Shown: positions 37,038 to 46,573 of the stretch, one piece after another
Numbering within the stretch: position 1 is the stretch's first letter
Layout: the number at the start of each line of letters is the position of its first letter
Assembly: GCA_043822065.1 (NCBI GenBank)
Contig: JBDRCC010000022.1
Span: 1 to 64,000 of the forward strand
Source of the DNA: an archaeon
GTDB taxonomy: Archaea; Undinarchaeota; CAZHTU01; JBDRCC01
Direction: 5' to 3'
DNA length: 64,000 nt
Translations under genes and position numbers: made by a program
The notes under the pieces: model-generated
What the model saw: the letters and a program-made list of their open reading frames with translations, nothing else
The model's database searches: none
Told to the model about the DNA's origin: nothing

Positions 37038-38285
37038 TTATTTAGGAGTTTCGAAGGAAACCACTTTACGCCACCTCTGCCGCGCCTCGCCGGCAAGGAA
37101 AATTGAGCCGGTTATTACAACTATTGAATCTGAATCTGCCTCCTTGAGGGCAGAGTCGACTGCCTTGCTGAGCGGTGTGCGTATTGCAAAGTTTCCGCTT
37201 GCGTAACTAACCATTTTTTCTGGGTCTGCAGACCTCGGCTTCGAATATTTGGTCAAGATTATTTTTGAGGCGGATTTGGATATCCGTCCGAGCATGGCGC
37301 GTATGTCCTTGTCCTTTGATGCACCAAAGACAAATATTTTTCTTTTTCTGATTGAGTCGAGTGTGCTGCAGAGCGCGTCTACGCCGGCAGGGTTGTGGTC
37401 GGCGGACAGAATGACAATCGGGCGTGTTTGCATGACCTCGAACCGCCCCGGCCAAAAGGAGTTAGAAATTCCTCTGACAATATGCTCCTGTTTTATTCCA
37501 AGCACCTCTGCTGCAGAAACTGCAACCGCTGCATTTTTCCTCTGGAAGCCGCCAAGCATCTTTGTCTCGAGGCTGTAGCCGTTTATCCTGAAAGCCTGGC
37601 GTTTGAAGTCTGAAGAGATTGGAGCTATCCCGCGGCTCGACGCCCGGATTAGCCTGCAGTTCTTCACCTTGCACACGTTGGAAAGGTACTGGACGACCTC
37701 CTGCTTGTCAGAGCCGGTAACGAGCACCTTGCCCTGCCGGATTATGCCTGCCTTCTCCTTTGCTATTTCTAGAACCGTGCTGCCAAGTACCTTCGTGTGG
37801 TCTAAGTCGACGTTAGTTATTATCGACAGCTCAGGCTCTGCGACATTGGTCGCATCATATCTTCCGCCAAGACCAACTTCTATAACAGCGTAATCAACGT
37901 TCTTTTCTAAGAAGTACAGAAAAGCCGCGGCAGTTAAGACTTCAAAGTGGGTTGCGCCGTATTTTTCCTGAAGCGGCCTGATTCTCGAAATGAGCCGCGC
38001 AAGGTCCCGCCCGGGTATCTTAGTTTTGTCAACGAGGATGCGCTCGCGGTCGTCACTCAGAGGAGGGGAGGTGTATGTCCCCACCTTTAGTCCGGATTCC
38101 AAGAGGATAGAGCTTAGCATCATCGAGACTGAACCCTTGCCGTTTGTGCCGCCAACTATCACGGTCTTGCATTTGAGCTGGGGGCTGCCAAGCTCCGCGC
38201 ATATTTGTCGGATTCGCCCGAGCCCGAGGTGGGAGCCGAACTGCTCAAGCCCCTCAAGGTATGCTTTAGTCTCAGCGAGATTCAT
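37038..38285 (-). CDS. folC: Folylpolyglutamate synthase / dihydrofolate synthase
   Basis: GTNGKGS, YTSP, FEVLT, EVGLGGRYDATN, WPGRFE, HNP, TGS. Confidence 0.95.
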   Translation of the reverse strand: MNLAETKAYLEGLEQFGSHLGLGRIRQICAELGSPQLKCKTVIVGGTNGKGSVSMMLSSILLESGLKVGTYTSPPLSDDRERILVDKTKIPGRDLARLISRIRPLQEKYGATHFEVLTAAAFLYFLEKNVDYAVIEVGLGGRYDATNVAEPELSIITNVDLDHTKVLGSTVLEIAKEKAGIIRQGKVLVTGSDKQEVVQYLSNVCKVKNCRLIRASSRGIAPISSDFKRQAFRINGYSLETKMLGGFQRKNAAVAVSAAEVLGIKQEHIVRGISNSFWPGRFEVMQTRPIVILSADHNPAGVDALCSTLDSIRKRKIFVFGASKDKDIRAMLGRISKSASKIILTKYSKPRSADPEKMVSYASGNFAIRTPLSKAVDSALKEADSDSIVVITGSIFLAGEARQRWRKVVSFETPK

Positions 38286-38381
38286 TAAAACCCCAAAATC
38301 AAGCCTCCGAACGCCCCGCGATTTAAATTAGTTGCCTTTTTCAAAAAAGAAACATTTATATCCAGTTCTGCAAATATCTTA

Positions 38382-38618
38382 GTGGTGGTGCACATGACGG
38401 AAGTATCGTGCCCAGATTGTCAAAACAAAATTAAGATAGACAAAGAACTGTCTGAAGAGCCAACGGACATCTCCTGCCCAGAGTGCCTTTCAGACCTTAG
38501 GGTTACCAAGAACGGAGACGACGTTACCGTCCGCTCGATAGAGGAGGCTGAGCTCCTCGGCGTAGTAAAGAAAGACGAAAGCAAGTACTCAGATTCTGCG
38601 TTCGGCCAGTATGACTAA
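38382..38618 (+). CDS. LysW-like zinc-ribbon small protein
   Basis: CPDC...CPEC with an acidic tail; ends DSAFGQYD instead of EDWGE. Confidence 0.6.
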   Translation: MVVHMTEVSCPDCQNKIKIDKELSEEPTDISCPECLSDLRVTKNGDDVTVRSIEEAELLGVVKKDESKYSDSAFGQYD

Positions 38619-39547
38619 ATCCCGTGCTTGAATGCGCGTATGCCTGTGAATGCAAGGGCTATGCCCTTCAGGTCTGCGGCTTTTATGACTTCCTCGTCCC
38701 GCTTAGAGCCACCCGGCTCGATTGCCGCAGTCACCCCGATTTTTGCGGCTTCGCCGATGCTGTCTGCAAACGGGAAGAACCCGTCTGACGCGAGGACTGG
38801 GTGTTTTACGCCTTTTTCCTTGGCTTTCTGGATTGTTATCCTGACTGAGTCCACGCGGTTCGGCTGTCCGGTGCCTATTCCGACAGTCACCTGATCCTTT
38901 GCCAGGACGATGCCGTTCGACTTGACGTGTTTGACCACTTTCCAGGCAAAGAGCAGGTCCTCGAACTGGGCCGCGGTCGGCTTTTTTGCCGTGACTATTT
39001 TCAGCCCAGCCTTTGTGACTTTTTTCGTATCGTGCTGCTGGACAAGGTAGAATTTCCCAACCTTGACAACGTCAGGCTGCCTGAAGTCAAGAAGAGAAGT
39101 CTTTACGACCCGGAGGTCGGGCTTCGTCCGGAGGACTTTGAGCGCGTCTGGCGAGTAGGATGGGGCTATGATGACTTCTTTGAAGGATTTCACAATCTCT
39201 TTTGCGGTCTTTTGGTCAACCTGCCGGTTTGCCGCGACAATGCCGCCGAATGCAGAGATGGGATCCGCCTCAAGGGCGCGCTTGTATGCGGTTGATATGT
39301 CCTTCGCAACAGCAACCCCGCATGGCAGCTGGTGCTTTATTATTGCAACAGCCGGCTTGGAGAATTCATAGACGAGCTCCTCGGCACAGGCTGCGTCGAA
39401 GATGTTGTTGTAGGAGAGCTCCTTGCCCTGGTACTGCTTTATTTTGCCGCCGGAGGAATAGACTGCAGCAGGCTGGTGCGGGTTCTCGCCGTAGCGTGGA
39501 GTCATGACTTTTTTCAGCTTCAGCTTGAATTCGCGCGGAAATGCCAT
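38615..39547 (-). CDS. purH: AICAR transformylase (PurH C-terminal domain only)
   Basis: RYGENPHQ, GKELSYNN, SAFGG, KSN, ASDGFFPF, PGGS.RD. No N-terminal IMP cyclohydrolase domain. Confidence 0.9.
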   Translation of the reverse strand: MAFPREFKLKLKKVMTPRYGENPHQPAAVYSSGGKIKQYQGKELSYNNIFDAACAEELVYEFSKPAVAIIKHQLPCGVAVAKDISTAYKRALEADPISAFGGIVAANRQVDQKTAKEIVKSFKEVIIAPSYSPDALKVLRTKPDLRVVKTSLLDFRQPDVVKVGKFYLVQQHDTKKVTKAGLKIVTAKKPTAAQFEDLLFAWKVVKHVKSNGIVLAKDQVTVGIGTGQPNRVDSVRITIQKAKEKGVKHPVLASDGFFPFADSIGEAAKIGVTAAIEPGGSKRDEEVIKAADLKGIALAFTGIRAFKHGI

Positions 39548-39657
39548 GGATAAACATACGTAGGGGGCGTTAAATAGATTTTCGGGCAAGCATAAATTTT
39601 TTAAATAGGGAGTTCATTCATACACAATCTTGGTTTTTAGGGATGTGGGCACAATAG

Positions 39658-41046
39658 ATGGGTAAAGACCTTCCGTCGAAGTACATAAAGCCCAGGTGGC
39701 CGTTTCTCCAGTGCGACAAGAGGGGCTACATGGTCATCGATGGAGTCCCCATACGCGACATCATAAAAAAGCACGGCACGCCAATTTACGTAATGGTCGA
39801 GAGCGAGATACGGCGCAGGATGCAGATGTTCAAGCACGGAATTCCTTACCCGAAGGTAAAGATACAGTACGCAAGCAAGTGCAACTCCAACCTTGAGATA
39901 CTGAGGATAGCAAAGGAGGAGGGGCTTGAGCAGGACGCGAGCAGCACTGGCGAGATAATCCTTGGGCTTATGGCCGGGTTCAAGCCGGAGCAGATAAACT
40001 ACACTAACCTGTACAAGACGGAGCAGGATGTCCTTTTTGCTGCGAAAATAGGCGTCAATTCAGTTTCTGCAGACTCGGTAGAGGAGCTTCGGATGATTGC
40101 AAAGGTCTGCAAGAGCATAAAGCACCACATAAAAATCGCACTGCGGATAAACCCGATGATTGACGTCGGGAGCTACACATCGCGGAAGCTGAAGTACGGC
40201 ATTCCGCACCACTACGCCAAGAGGGCGATAGACTTTGTGAAAAAAAGCCCGTACATGCAGCTTGTCGGCCTGCACTTCCACGGAGGATACATCTCCAACC
40301 CAAAGATTTACGAGGAGGCGGCGAAAAAGCTGCTCAACCTGGCAAAGTACTGTGAAAGCATAGGTGTAAAGCTGAAGTTCATAGACCTTGGCGGGGGGTT
40401 CCCGATAAAGCACACGAACCGGGAAGTATTCACAGTGCAGGACTTCGGGCCAAAGTTTGCGGAGTTCTTCAGGAAGCAGCTAGAGGTGATGGGGCTGCCG
40501 ATGTACACGCTCATCTTCGAGCCGGGAAAGGCGATTGTAGGGAACGCAGGAATCGGGCTTACGACTGTTGTGAGCAGCAAGAGGGTCTCGCGGAGGAATT
40601 TCCTTGTGGTAGACGCGTCAACTTACGCCTTCGTCCCGGACCCGCTGATATGCGACTGGTATTATGAAATACTGCCTGCAAGCGACCTGAAGCGGAGGAG
40701 GTCGACGGTCTATGACATAGGCGGCAGCACATGCGACGCATGGGACATAATAGGGACTAACAGGTGGCTGCCCACGATGTCTGCAGGGGAAAACCTCGCG
40801 ATAATGGACTGCGGCGCGTACAGCTCGGTCCTTGCATCGAATTTCAACACGCTGAAGAAGGCGTCAATGGTCATGGTATGGAAGGATGGGACGTTCAGCC
40901 TGATACGGAGGCGGGACAGGTACTCTGAGATGTTTGCGCCTGAGCTTGACGTCCTGCGCGAGCCTAAGCCCAAGGAGCTGAAGAGCCTCTACAACACATA
41001 CCGCGTAGATATACAAAAATTCTGGGGAAACAAGAAGAAAAAATGA
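39658..41046 (+). CDS. Fold-type III PLP decarboxylase (Orn/DAP/Arg family)
   Basis: YASKCN (PLP Lys), HFH.G, DLGGG, EPG, G.TCD..D, GAY. Confidence 0.88.
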   Translation: MGKDLPSKYIKPRWPFLQCDKRGYMVIDGVPIRDIIKKHGTPIYVMVESEIRRRMQMFKHGIPYPKVKIQYASKCNSNLEILRIAKEEGLEQDASSTGEIILGLMAGFKPEQINYTNLYKTEQDVLFAAKIGVNSVSADSVEELRMIAKVCKSIKHHIKIALRINPMIDVGSYTSRKLKYGIPHHYAKRAIDFVKKSPYMQLVGLHFHGGYISNPKIYEEAAKKLLNLAKYCESIGVKLKFIDLGGGFPIKHTNREVFTVQDFGPKFAEFFRKQLEVMGLPMYTLIFEPGKAIVGNAGIGLTTVVSSKRVSRRNFLVVDASTYAFVPDPLICDWYYEILPASDLKRRRSTVYDIGGSTCDAWDIIGTNRWLPTMSAGENLAIMDCGAYSSVLASNFNTLKKASMVMVWKDGTFSLIRRRDRYSEMFAPELDVLREPKPKELKSLYNTYRVDIQKFWGNKKKK

Positions 41047-41915
41047 CCTATCTGCCGCGCTATAATTTTGGGATGCTGCCGGAGGAGTACTCCAACTACA
41101 AGGACTCGCGAGTGGTCATACTGCCGGTGCCGTACGGCGCTACTGTTTCTTACATGGCGGGAACGCACTTGGGGCCGGACGCCGTAATAAAGGCTTCCCA
41201 GAACATGGAGTTGTATGACCGGAAACTTGGCAGCATTTTCGAATGCGGGATACACACCCTCCCCAGCCTTGAGCCAGTCATCGACCCGGAGGAGATGGTA
41301 AACCAGGTTGAGGTGGCGTGCACTGAGCACCTTAAGAAGGGAAAATTCGTCGCCATGATTGGCGGGGAGCACTCGCTTACAACCGGAGCCGTTCGGGCGG
41401 CAAAAACAGAATACAGAGATTTGTCAGTACTCCAGCTTGACGCGCACGCAGACCTGCGGGAGGAGTACGAGGGCACAAAGTACAACCACGCCTGCGTCAT
41501 GAACTGCGTCTCTGAAATATGCGATTTTGCAGGCGTCGGGATACGAAGCCTTTCGGAAGAGGAAGGCGAGCTTATCAAAGCCAAAGGCTGCAAGGAGTAT
41601 TACGCTGAGGACATTGCAAAGAGGGCTGGCGCAATGGACAACGCGATAGAAAGCCTCTCGAACGATGTCTACGTCACAATCGACCTCGACGCGTTCGACC
41701 CGTCAATAATGCCGGCTGTCGGCACGCCTGAGCCTGGCGGGCTCGGCTGGTACCAAACTCTGGACTTCCTCGAAAAAGTTTTTAAGAAAAAAAACGTTGT
41801 GGGGTTCGACATCGTAGAGCTTTGCCCGATTCCAGGAATCATCTTCCCAGATTTCACAGCGGCAAAGCTGGTTTACAAGCTCATAGGATTCAAGGCAAGG
41901 GAGGGGTTCAAGTGA
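41043..41915 (+). CDS. speB: Agmatinase
   Basis: GGEHS, DAHADLR, DLDAFDPS.MPAVGTPEPGG. Confidence 0.93.
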   Translation: MTYLPRYNFGMLPEEYSNYKDSRVVILPVPYGATVSYMAGTHLGPDAVIKASQNMELYDRKLGSIFECGIHTLPSLEPVIDPEEMVNQVEVACTEHLKKGKFVAMIGGEHSLTTGAVRAAKTEYRDLSVLQLDAHADLREEYEGTKYNHACVMNCVSEICDFAGVGIRSLSEEEGELIKAKGCKEYYAEDIAKRAGAMDNAIESLSNDVYVTIDLDAFDPSIMPAVGTPEPGGLGWYQTLDFLEKVFKKKNVVGFDIVELCPIPGIIFPDFTAAKLVYKLIGFKAREGFK

Positions 41916-42484
41916 TAGCGAGAAAAAAGAAGCCAGAGGAGACTCCTTGGTGGAGGAAGTACACGGCAGCACATGTCAGCGGAGACGTGCCCGTTCTCAG
42001 GGAGGGGGCGAAAGACAGGGAAGAGGAGAGATACGAAATGGCGGAATTTGACCCGTTCAAGGATATGGAAGGCATATTCAAGGCGTTCTTAGGCACCGAG
42101 CCGCTCAAGCTCAAGATGAGCATGCGGCCCCGCCTGCTGAAGATGGAGGGCGGAAGTTTTAGGGAGCCGGTAGCCAAGCTCAAGGATACTGGAAAGGAGA
42201 TTGCTGCTGCAATTGAGCTTCCTGGCTGCAGGAAAGAGGATATAAACGTCAAGATAGAAAACGACAGCCTGATTGTGGATGCCATGATGCAGAAAAAGTC
42301 TGAGAAGCGCGGCGAAGGCTTTGCAAGCCTTTCGACAAGCTATAACGGCTTCAGGCGCGTTATAGCCCTGCCGGTGCCAGTTGAGCGGGAAGGCACGAGG
42401 GCGAAGTACGAGAACGGCATACTCACTGTGATAATGCGGAAGCGGAAAGGGGGCGCCGGGCCGAGCGACGTTGAGGTGGAATGA
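41912..42484 (+). CDS. Hsp20 small heat-shock protein (start GTG 41912 or ATG 42038)
   Basis: ELPG..KEDI.V, F.R.I.LP, AKYENGILTV. Confidence 0.88.
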   Translation: MIARKKKPEETPWWRKYTAAHVSGDVPVLREGAKDREEERYEMAEFDPFKDMEGIFKAFLGTEPLKLKMSMRPRLLKMEGGSFREPVAKLKDTGKEIAAAIELPGCRKEDINVKIENDSLIVDAMMQKKSEKRGEGFASLSTSYNGFRRVIALPVPVEREGTRAKYENGILTVIMRKRKGGAGPSDVEVE

Positions 42485-42645
42485 ACCCAGCATACATAAT
42501 CTCGTTGCTGATAAACGCCGGCTTGATTTATGTCGGCTACCAGACCTACCTCGGAGCGATGAGCCCGGCCTACGCAGGCGGTGTACTCGTCACGATAGGG
42601 GTGCTGGCGCTTATTGCCTCGGTACTAAAGCTTTTAACAGGGTAG
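42481..42645 (+). CDS. Small two-TM membrane protein (54 aa)
   Basis: Not in the track. MNPAYIISLLINAGLIYVGY...GVLVTIGVLALIASVLKLLTG; ATG overlaps the Hsp20 stop. Confidence 0.6.
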   Translation: MNPAYIISLLINAGLIYVGYQTYLGAMSPAYAGGVLVTIGVLALIASVLKLLTG

Positions 42646-42685
42646 TCATCAAAAACTTTAAAAGAGGTTTGCCCGTTATAGCAAG

Positions 42686-43645
42686 ATGACAGGTAGGAGA
42701 TTCATCACAAAGGCGGATTTCCAGCTATTTCTAAGCAAGCTATTGAAGGGGCACAAGGTCATCGCTCCTGCCAAGAACGGGAGCGGGCACGTATACAAGC
42801 AGATTTCTGAAGCAAAGGAGGCTGACTTTGAATTTCAGAACACAATGTATTCCCCAAAGGAGTTCTTCTACCCACACAAAGAAACGCTGTTTGACTTCAA
42901 CGGGGCCGTCAGCGTGCCAAACATAACGGAAAAGCGCGCGATAGTCGGGATAAGGCCGTGCGACATGAACGCCCTTTTGGTGCTCGACAAGATTTTCATG
43001 GAAGACTATTACTACAGGACGCGGCGCGAGAACACAGTATACCTCGCGTTCAACTGCACTGAGGCGTGCGAGAACTGCTTCTGCTGCTACGATAATTTCC
43101 ACTTACTGAGGGAGGGCTCATACGACCTTGCATTTACGCCAGCTGAAGGCGGATATGTTGTCGAAATCGGTTCGAAAAAGGGCGAAAAGCTGATTGACGC
43201 AAAACTGTTCCGGGACACTGACAAAAAGCCCATCCGAAATCTGGTCTGCAAAACCCATCTTTCAAAGGACCAGATAAGCAAGATGCGAGCTAACGCCAGC
43301 CATGCCGTATGGAAGGAGAACGCAAAGAAGTGCCTAAGCTGCACCGCGTGCACAGTCTCCTGCCCGACCTGCCTCTGCTTTGACATAGAGGACATCCCAA
43401 ACATCGAGCTAAACGGCGGAAAGCGCATCCGCAGGAACTCGTCATGCCAGCTAAAGGACTTTACAAGGGTCGCAGGCAACTTCCATTTCAGGGAATCGCG
43501 GGAGGGCAGGCTCAAACACAGGGTATACCACAAGTGGGTCTACCACCCGGACCAGTACGGAGAATTCCTCTGCGTCGGCTGCGGAAGGTGCATCACCAAC
43601 TGCCCGACGGGCATAAGCATGGTGGAGATGGTGAACAAGCTATGA
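42686..43645 (+). CDS. Group 3b [NiFe]-hydrogenase beta (Fe-S, AsrA-like) subunit
   Basis: GIRPCD, CLSCTACTVSCPTCLCF, CVGCGRCITNCP. Confidence 0.9.
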   Translation: MTGRRFITKADFQLFLSKLLKGHKVIAPAKNGSGHVYKQISEAKEADFEFQNTMYSPKEFFYPHKETLFDFNGAVSVPNITEKRAIVGIRPCDMNALLVLDKIFMEDYYYRTRRENTVYLAFNCTEACENCFCCYDNFHLLREGSYDLAFTPAEGGYVVEIGSKKGEKLIDAKLFRDTDKKPIRNLVCKTHLSKDQISKMRANASHAVWKENAKKCLSCTACTVSCPTCLCFDIEDIPNIELNGGKRIRRNSSCQLKDFTRVAGNFHFRESREGRLKHRVYHKWVYHPDQYGEFLCVGCGRCITNCPTGISMVEMVNKL

Positions 43646-44502
43646 AAAAGGCAACAAGGAAAAGAAAAAGCAACAATGCAGTGTCCACGATTGGAAAGAT
43701 TAATGGCTCTTGCGCTGACAATGACTTGGTCCCGAGGAAGCACAGGCTCGTAAAAATCGTTCCGCTTTCTCCGGATACGACGCTGTTCAGGATAGACTGC
43801 GGCATGAGCCACATGCCCGGGCAGTTTGTCCAGGCTTCCGTCCTTGGGGTTGGCGAAGCCCCAGTATCAATATCATCCTGGTCTGACAAGTACCTCGACC
43901 TTTCAGTCAGGCGGGTCGGAAATGTCACTGGTGCAATGCACCACATGAAGGTCGGCCACGCGATAGGCATAAGGGGGCCGTTCGGGAATGGATTCCCGAT
44001 GAAAGAGCTTGAGGGGAAAAATCTTATACTCCTTGGTGGCGGGTGCGGAGTCGCGCCGATGAGGGGCGTTGTAGAGTACCTTGCAAAGAACCGGAAGAAA
44101 TACGGGGAAGTTGACCTGCTATTCGGCTTCAGGAGCTATGATGACATACTTTTCAAGAAGGAAGGGCCTAAATGGAAAAAGAGCTTCAATGTTTACCTCA
44201 CGCTCGACAGGGGCTCAACGGCAGGAGTGTGCTCGGAGGGGACTGTTGTCGACCTGCTTTCCACAGTAAAGCCCTCGAACAAAAACGCCGCAGTAATGAT
44301 TTGCGGCCCGCACGTCATGATGAAGTATTCGGTCCTGAAGCTGAAGGAGCTCGGGTTCAAGGAGGAGCAGATTTATGTCTCGCTTGAGCGGCTGATGCAG
44401 TGCGGAAACGGCAGGTGCGGCCACTGCATGGTCGGCGGGAAGTACGTCTGCAAGGACGGGCCGGTGTTCAGGTTCGACGAGGCAAAGCTGTTAGAGGACT
44501 AG
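43642..44502 (+). CDS. Group 3b hydrogenase gamma (FAD/NAD(P)-binding) subunit
   Basis: PGQF, RGPFGNGF, GGCG.AP, CGP..MM, CG.G.CGHC...VC.DGPVF. Confidence 0.9.
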   Translation: MKKATRKRKSNNAVSTIGKINGSCADNDLVPRKHRLVKIVPLSPDTTLFRIDCGMSHMPGQFVQASVLGVGEAPVSISSWSDKYLDLSVRRVGNVTGAMHHMKVGHAIGIRGPFGNGFPMKELEGKNLILLGGGCGVAPMRGVVEYLAKNRKKYGEVDLLFGFRSYDDILFKKEGPKWKKSFNVYLTLDRGSTAGVCSEGTVVDLLSTVKPSNKNAAVMICGPHVMMKYSVLKLKELGFKEEQIYVSLERLMQCGNGRCGHCMVGGKYVCKDGPVFRFDEAKLLED

Positions 44503-45276
44503 ATGTACAACATAAACAAGAGGCTAAAGGTCGGGTTCTTCGGTCTTACCAGCTGTGCTGGGTGCCACCTTAGCTTTGTGTTCATAGAGGACGAGCTTCT
44601 GAAGTTCTTTGAAGCGCTTGACATACAGCACTTCAGGATGATAGGCAAGAAAAAGCTTAAGGGGAAGTTCGACCTGGCATTTGTTGAGGGCGCGGTTGTG
44701 AGCAAAGAGGATTTACAAACAGTCCTTGACGTCAGAAAAAGGTCGAAAAAGGTTGTAGCTCTCGGCACATGCGCAACGTATGGCGGCGTGCCGGCAATAA
44801 AGAACTACGGGCACAGCGAAGAGGCACACGTCCATGACAAGAACAATCTAGAGGTCGGGGTTTACGGCATCGGGCATTACATCGATGTAGACTACTACCT
44901 CAGGGGCTGCCCACCAGAGTCGTCGGAGATTGTCAAAGTGACCAAGGAGCTCCTCGTTGGGCAGGATATAAGGCGAAACGTTGACTTCCCGGTCTGTAAG
45001 GAATGCAGGGAGCGCGGAAACGAATGCCTGCTCCAAAAGGGGCAGTACTGCATGGGCCCGATAACGTATGGGGGCTGCCACGCAAGGTGCCCGAGCGTCG
45101 GGGTGCAGTGCCTTGGGTGCAGGGGGCCGCTTGAGGACAGCAACATCGAGGCCGCCATGGAGCTTTACGAGAAAAACGGCTACACAAAGGACGACGTCAA
45201 GAGGATGTTCATCAAGTTCGCATCAACTTCGAGGATATACTGGACTGACGAGGTGAAAAAATGGCTCGAGAAATAA
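44503..45276 (+). CDS. Group 3b hydrogenase delta (small) subunit
   Basis: TSCAGC, VEG, GTCATYGG, GCPP, C-terminal Cys cluster ligands. Confidence 0.92.
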   Translation: MYNINKRLKVGFFGLTSCAGCHLSFVFIEDELLKFFEALDIQHFRMIGKKKLKGKFDLAFVEGAVVSKEDLQTVLDVRKRSKKVVALGTCATYGGVPAIKNYGHSEEAHVHDKNNLEVGVYGIGHYIDVDYYLRGCPPESSEIVKVTKELLVGQDIRRNVDFPVCKECRERGNECLLQKGQYCMGPITYGGCHARCPSVGVQCLGCRGPLEDSNIEAAMELYEKNGYTKDDVKRMFIKFASTSRIYWTDEVKKWLEK

Positions 45277-46544
45277 CCCTTGACCACATAGCAAAGATAG
45301 AGGGGCACGCCACACTCAAGGTAAAGATTGAGAAGAACGAGATTAAGGAAGTCAACCTAAACGTTACAGAGGGCAGCAGGTATTTCGAGAAGATACTCAA
45401 GGGGCGGAAATACGACGAGGCGCCCTACTTAACGACGAGGATATGCGGGATATGCTCATGCATACACAACGTCGGCTCCCTAAAAGCAGTGGAGAACGCG
45501 TTCGGCGTCCAGGTAACAGAGCAAACTGCGCTCATGCGCGAGAGAGTGATATCTGGAGAGCGTATACGGAGCCATGCCGCCCACCTTTACATGTTTGTGC
45601 TCCCAGAGTACCTCGGCTTCGAGTCGGCAGTAGATCTTGCAAGCGAAAAGAAGGAGACCGTCCTCAAGGCTCTGGAGCTCGTAAAGCTCGGGAACAACAT
45701 CATAGAGACGTTTGCAGGGCGGTCGATGCACCCGATTTCGACAATACTCGGCGGGTTTTCGCACTATCCTGAGCGGAAGCAGCTGGACGACCTTCTTGAC
45801 AGGCTCAAGGCGAGCAGGAAATTCGCAGAGGACACTGCCAAGCTCTTCAAGGGCATTAAGGTTCCGAAGTTTGAGAGGGAAACGCAGTACTTCTGCCTCG
45901 ACGACAAGAAGACCTATCCAACTGCACACGGCGAGATAAGCTGCATAGGAAAGATGTGCGTCCCGACGATGACGTTTGCCACGCATGCTAAGCAGTACTT
46001 CGTCCCGTACTCGACCGCCAAACACGTCACGGTTGAAGGGGAGAGCTACTACGTCGGCTCGCTCGCGAGGATTAACAACTGCAGGCAGTACCTTAGGCCG
46101 CGGGCAAGGAAAATGCTCAACGGCATCAAGTTCCCGAACTACAACCCGTACATGAACAACTTCTGCCAGGCTGTCGAAACTGTCCACCACGTAGAGAACA
46201 TGATTGACTTCCTGGAGAACTATGAAATAAAGGAGGAAAAGCTGGTGAAGGTAGTTCCGAAGGCAAGCAGGGGCATATCCGCAGTCGAGGCGCCAAGGGG
46301 GCTTTTGTTCCATGACTACACGTTTGATGCGAACGGGATAATCACTCACGCAGACATAATAACCCCGACAAGCCAGAACCTCAAGAACATTGAGGACGAC
46401 CTAAAGGTTCTTCTGCCGCAGATACTAAGCAAAGGCAAGGAAGAGGTTGTCCGCGACATCAAAAAGCTAATCCGCGCCTACGACCCGTGCATCAGCTGCT
46501 CGACGCACTTTTTGACGATTGAGGGGCTTGACGGCGCGTTCTAG
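45261..46544 (+). CDS. Group 3b [NiFe]-hydrogenase alpha (large) subunit
   Basis: IEGHA, L1 RICGICS, EAPRG, L2 DPCISCSTH followed by a cleavable tail. Confidence 0.94.
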   Translation: MAREITLDHIAKIEGHATLKVKIEKNEIKEVNLNVTEGSRYFEKILKGRKYDEAPYLTTRICGICSCIHNVGSLKAVENAFGVQVTEQTALMRERVISGERIRSHAAHLYMFVLPEYLGFESAVDLASEKKETVLKALELVKLGNNIIETFAGRSMHPISTILGGFSHYPERKQLDDLLDRLKASRKFAEDTAKLFKGIKVPKFERETQYFCLDDKKTYPTAHGEISCIGKMCVPTMTFATHAKQYFVPYSTAKHVTVEGESYYVGSLARINNCRQYLRPRARKMLNGIKFPNYNPYMNNFCQAVETVHHVENMIDFLENYEIKEEKLVKVVPKASRGISAVEAPRGLLFHDYTFDANGIITHADIITPTSQNLKNIEDDLKVLLPQILSKGKEEVVRDIKKLIRAYDPCISCSTHFLTIEGLDGAF

Positions 46545-46573
46545 GAAGAAGGTTTATATTTGCCAAAGGCTAG

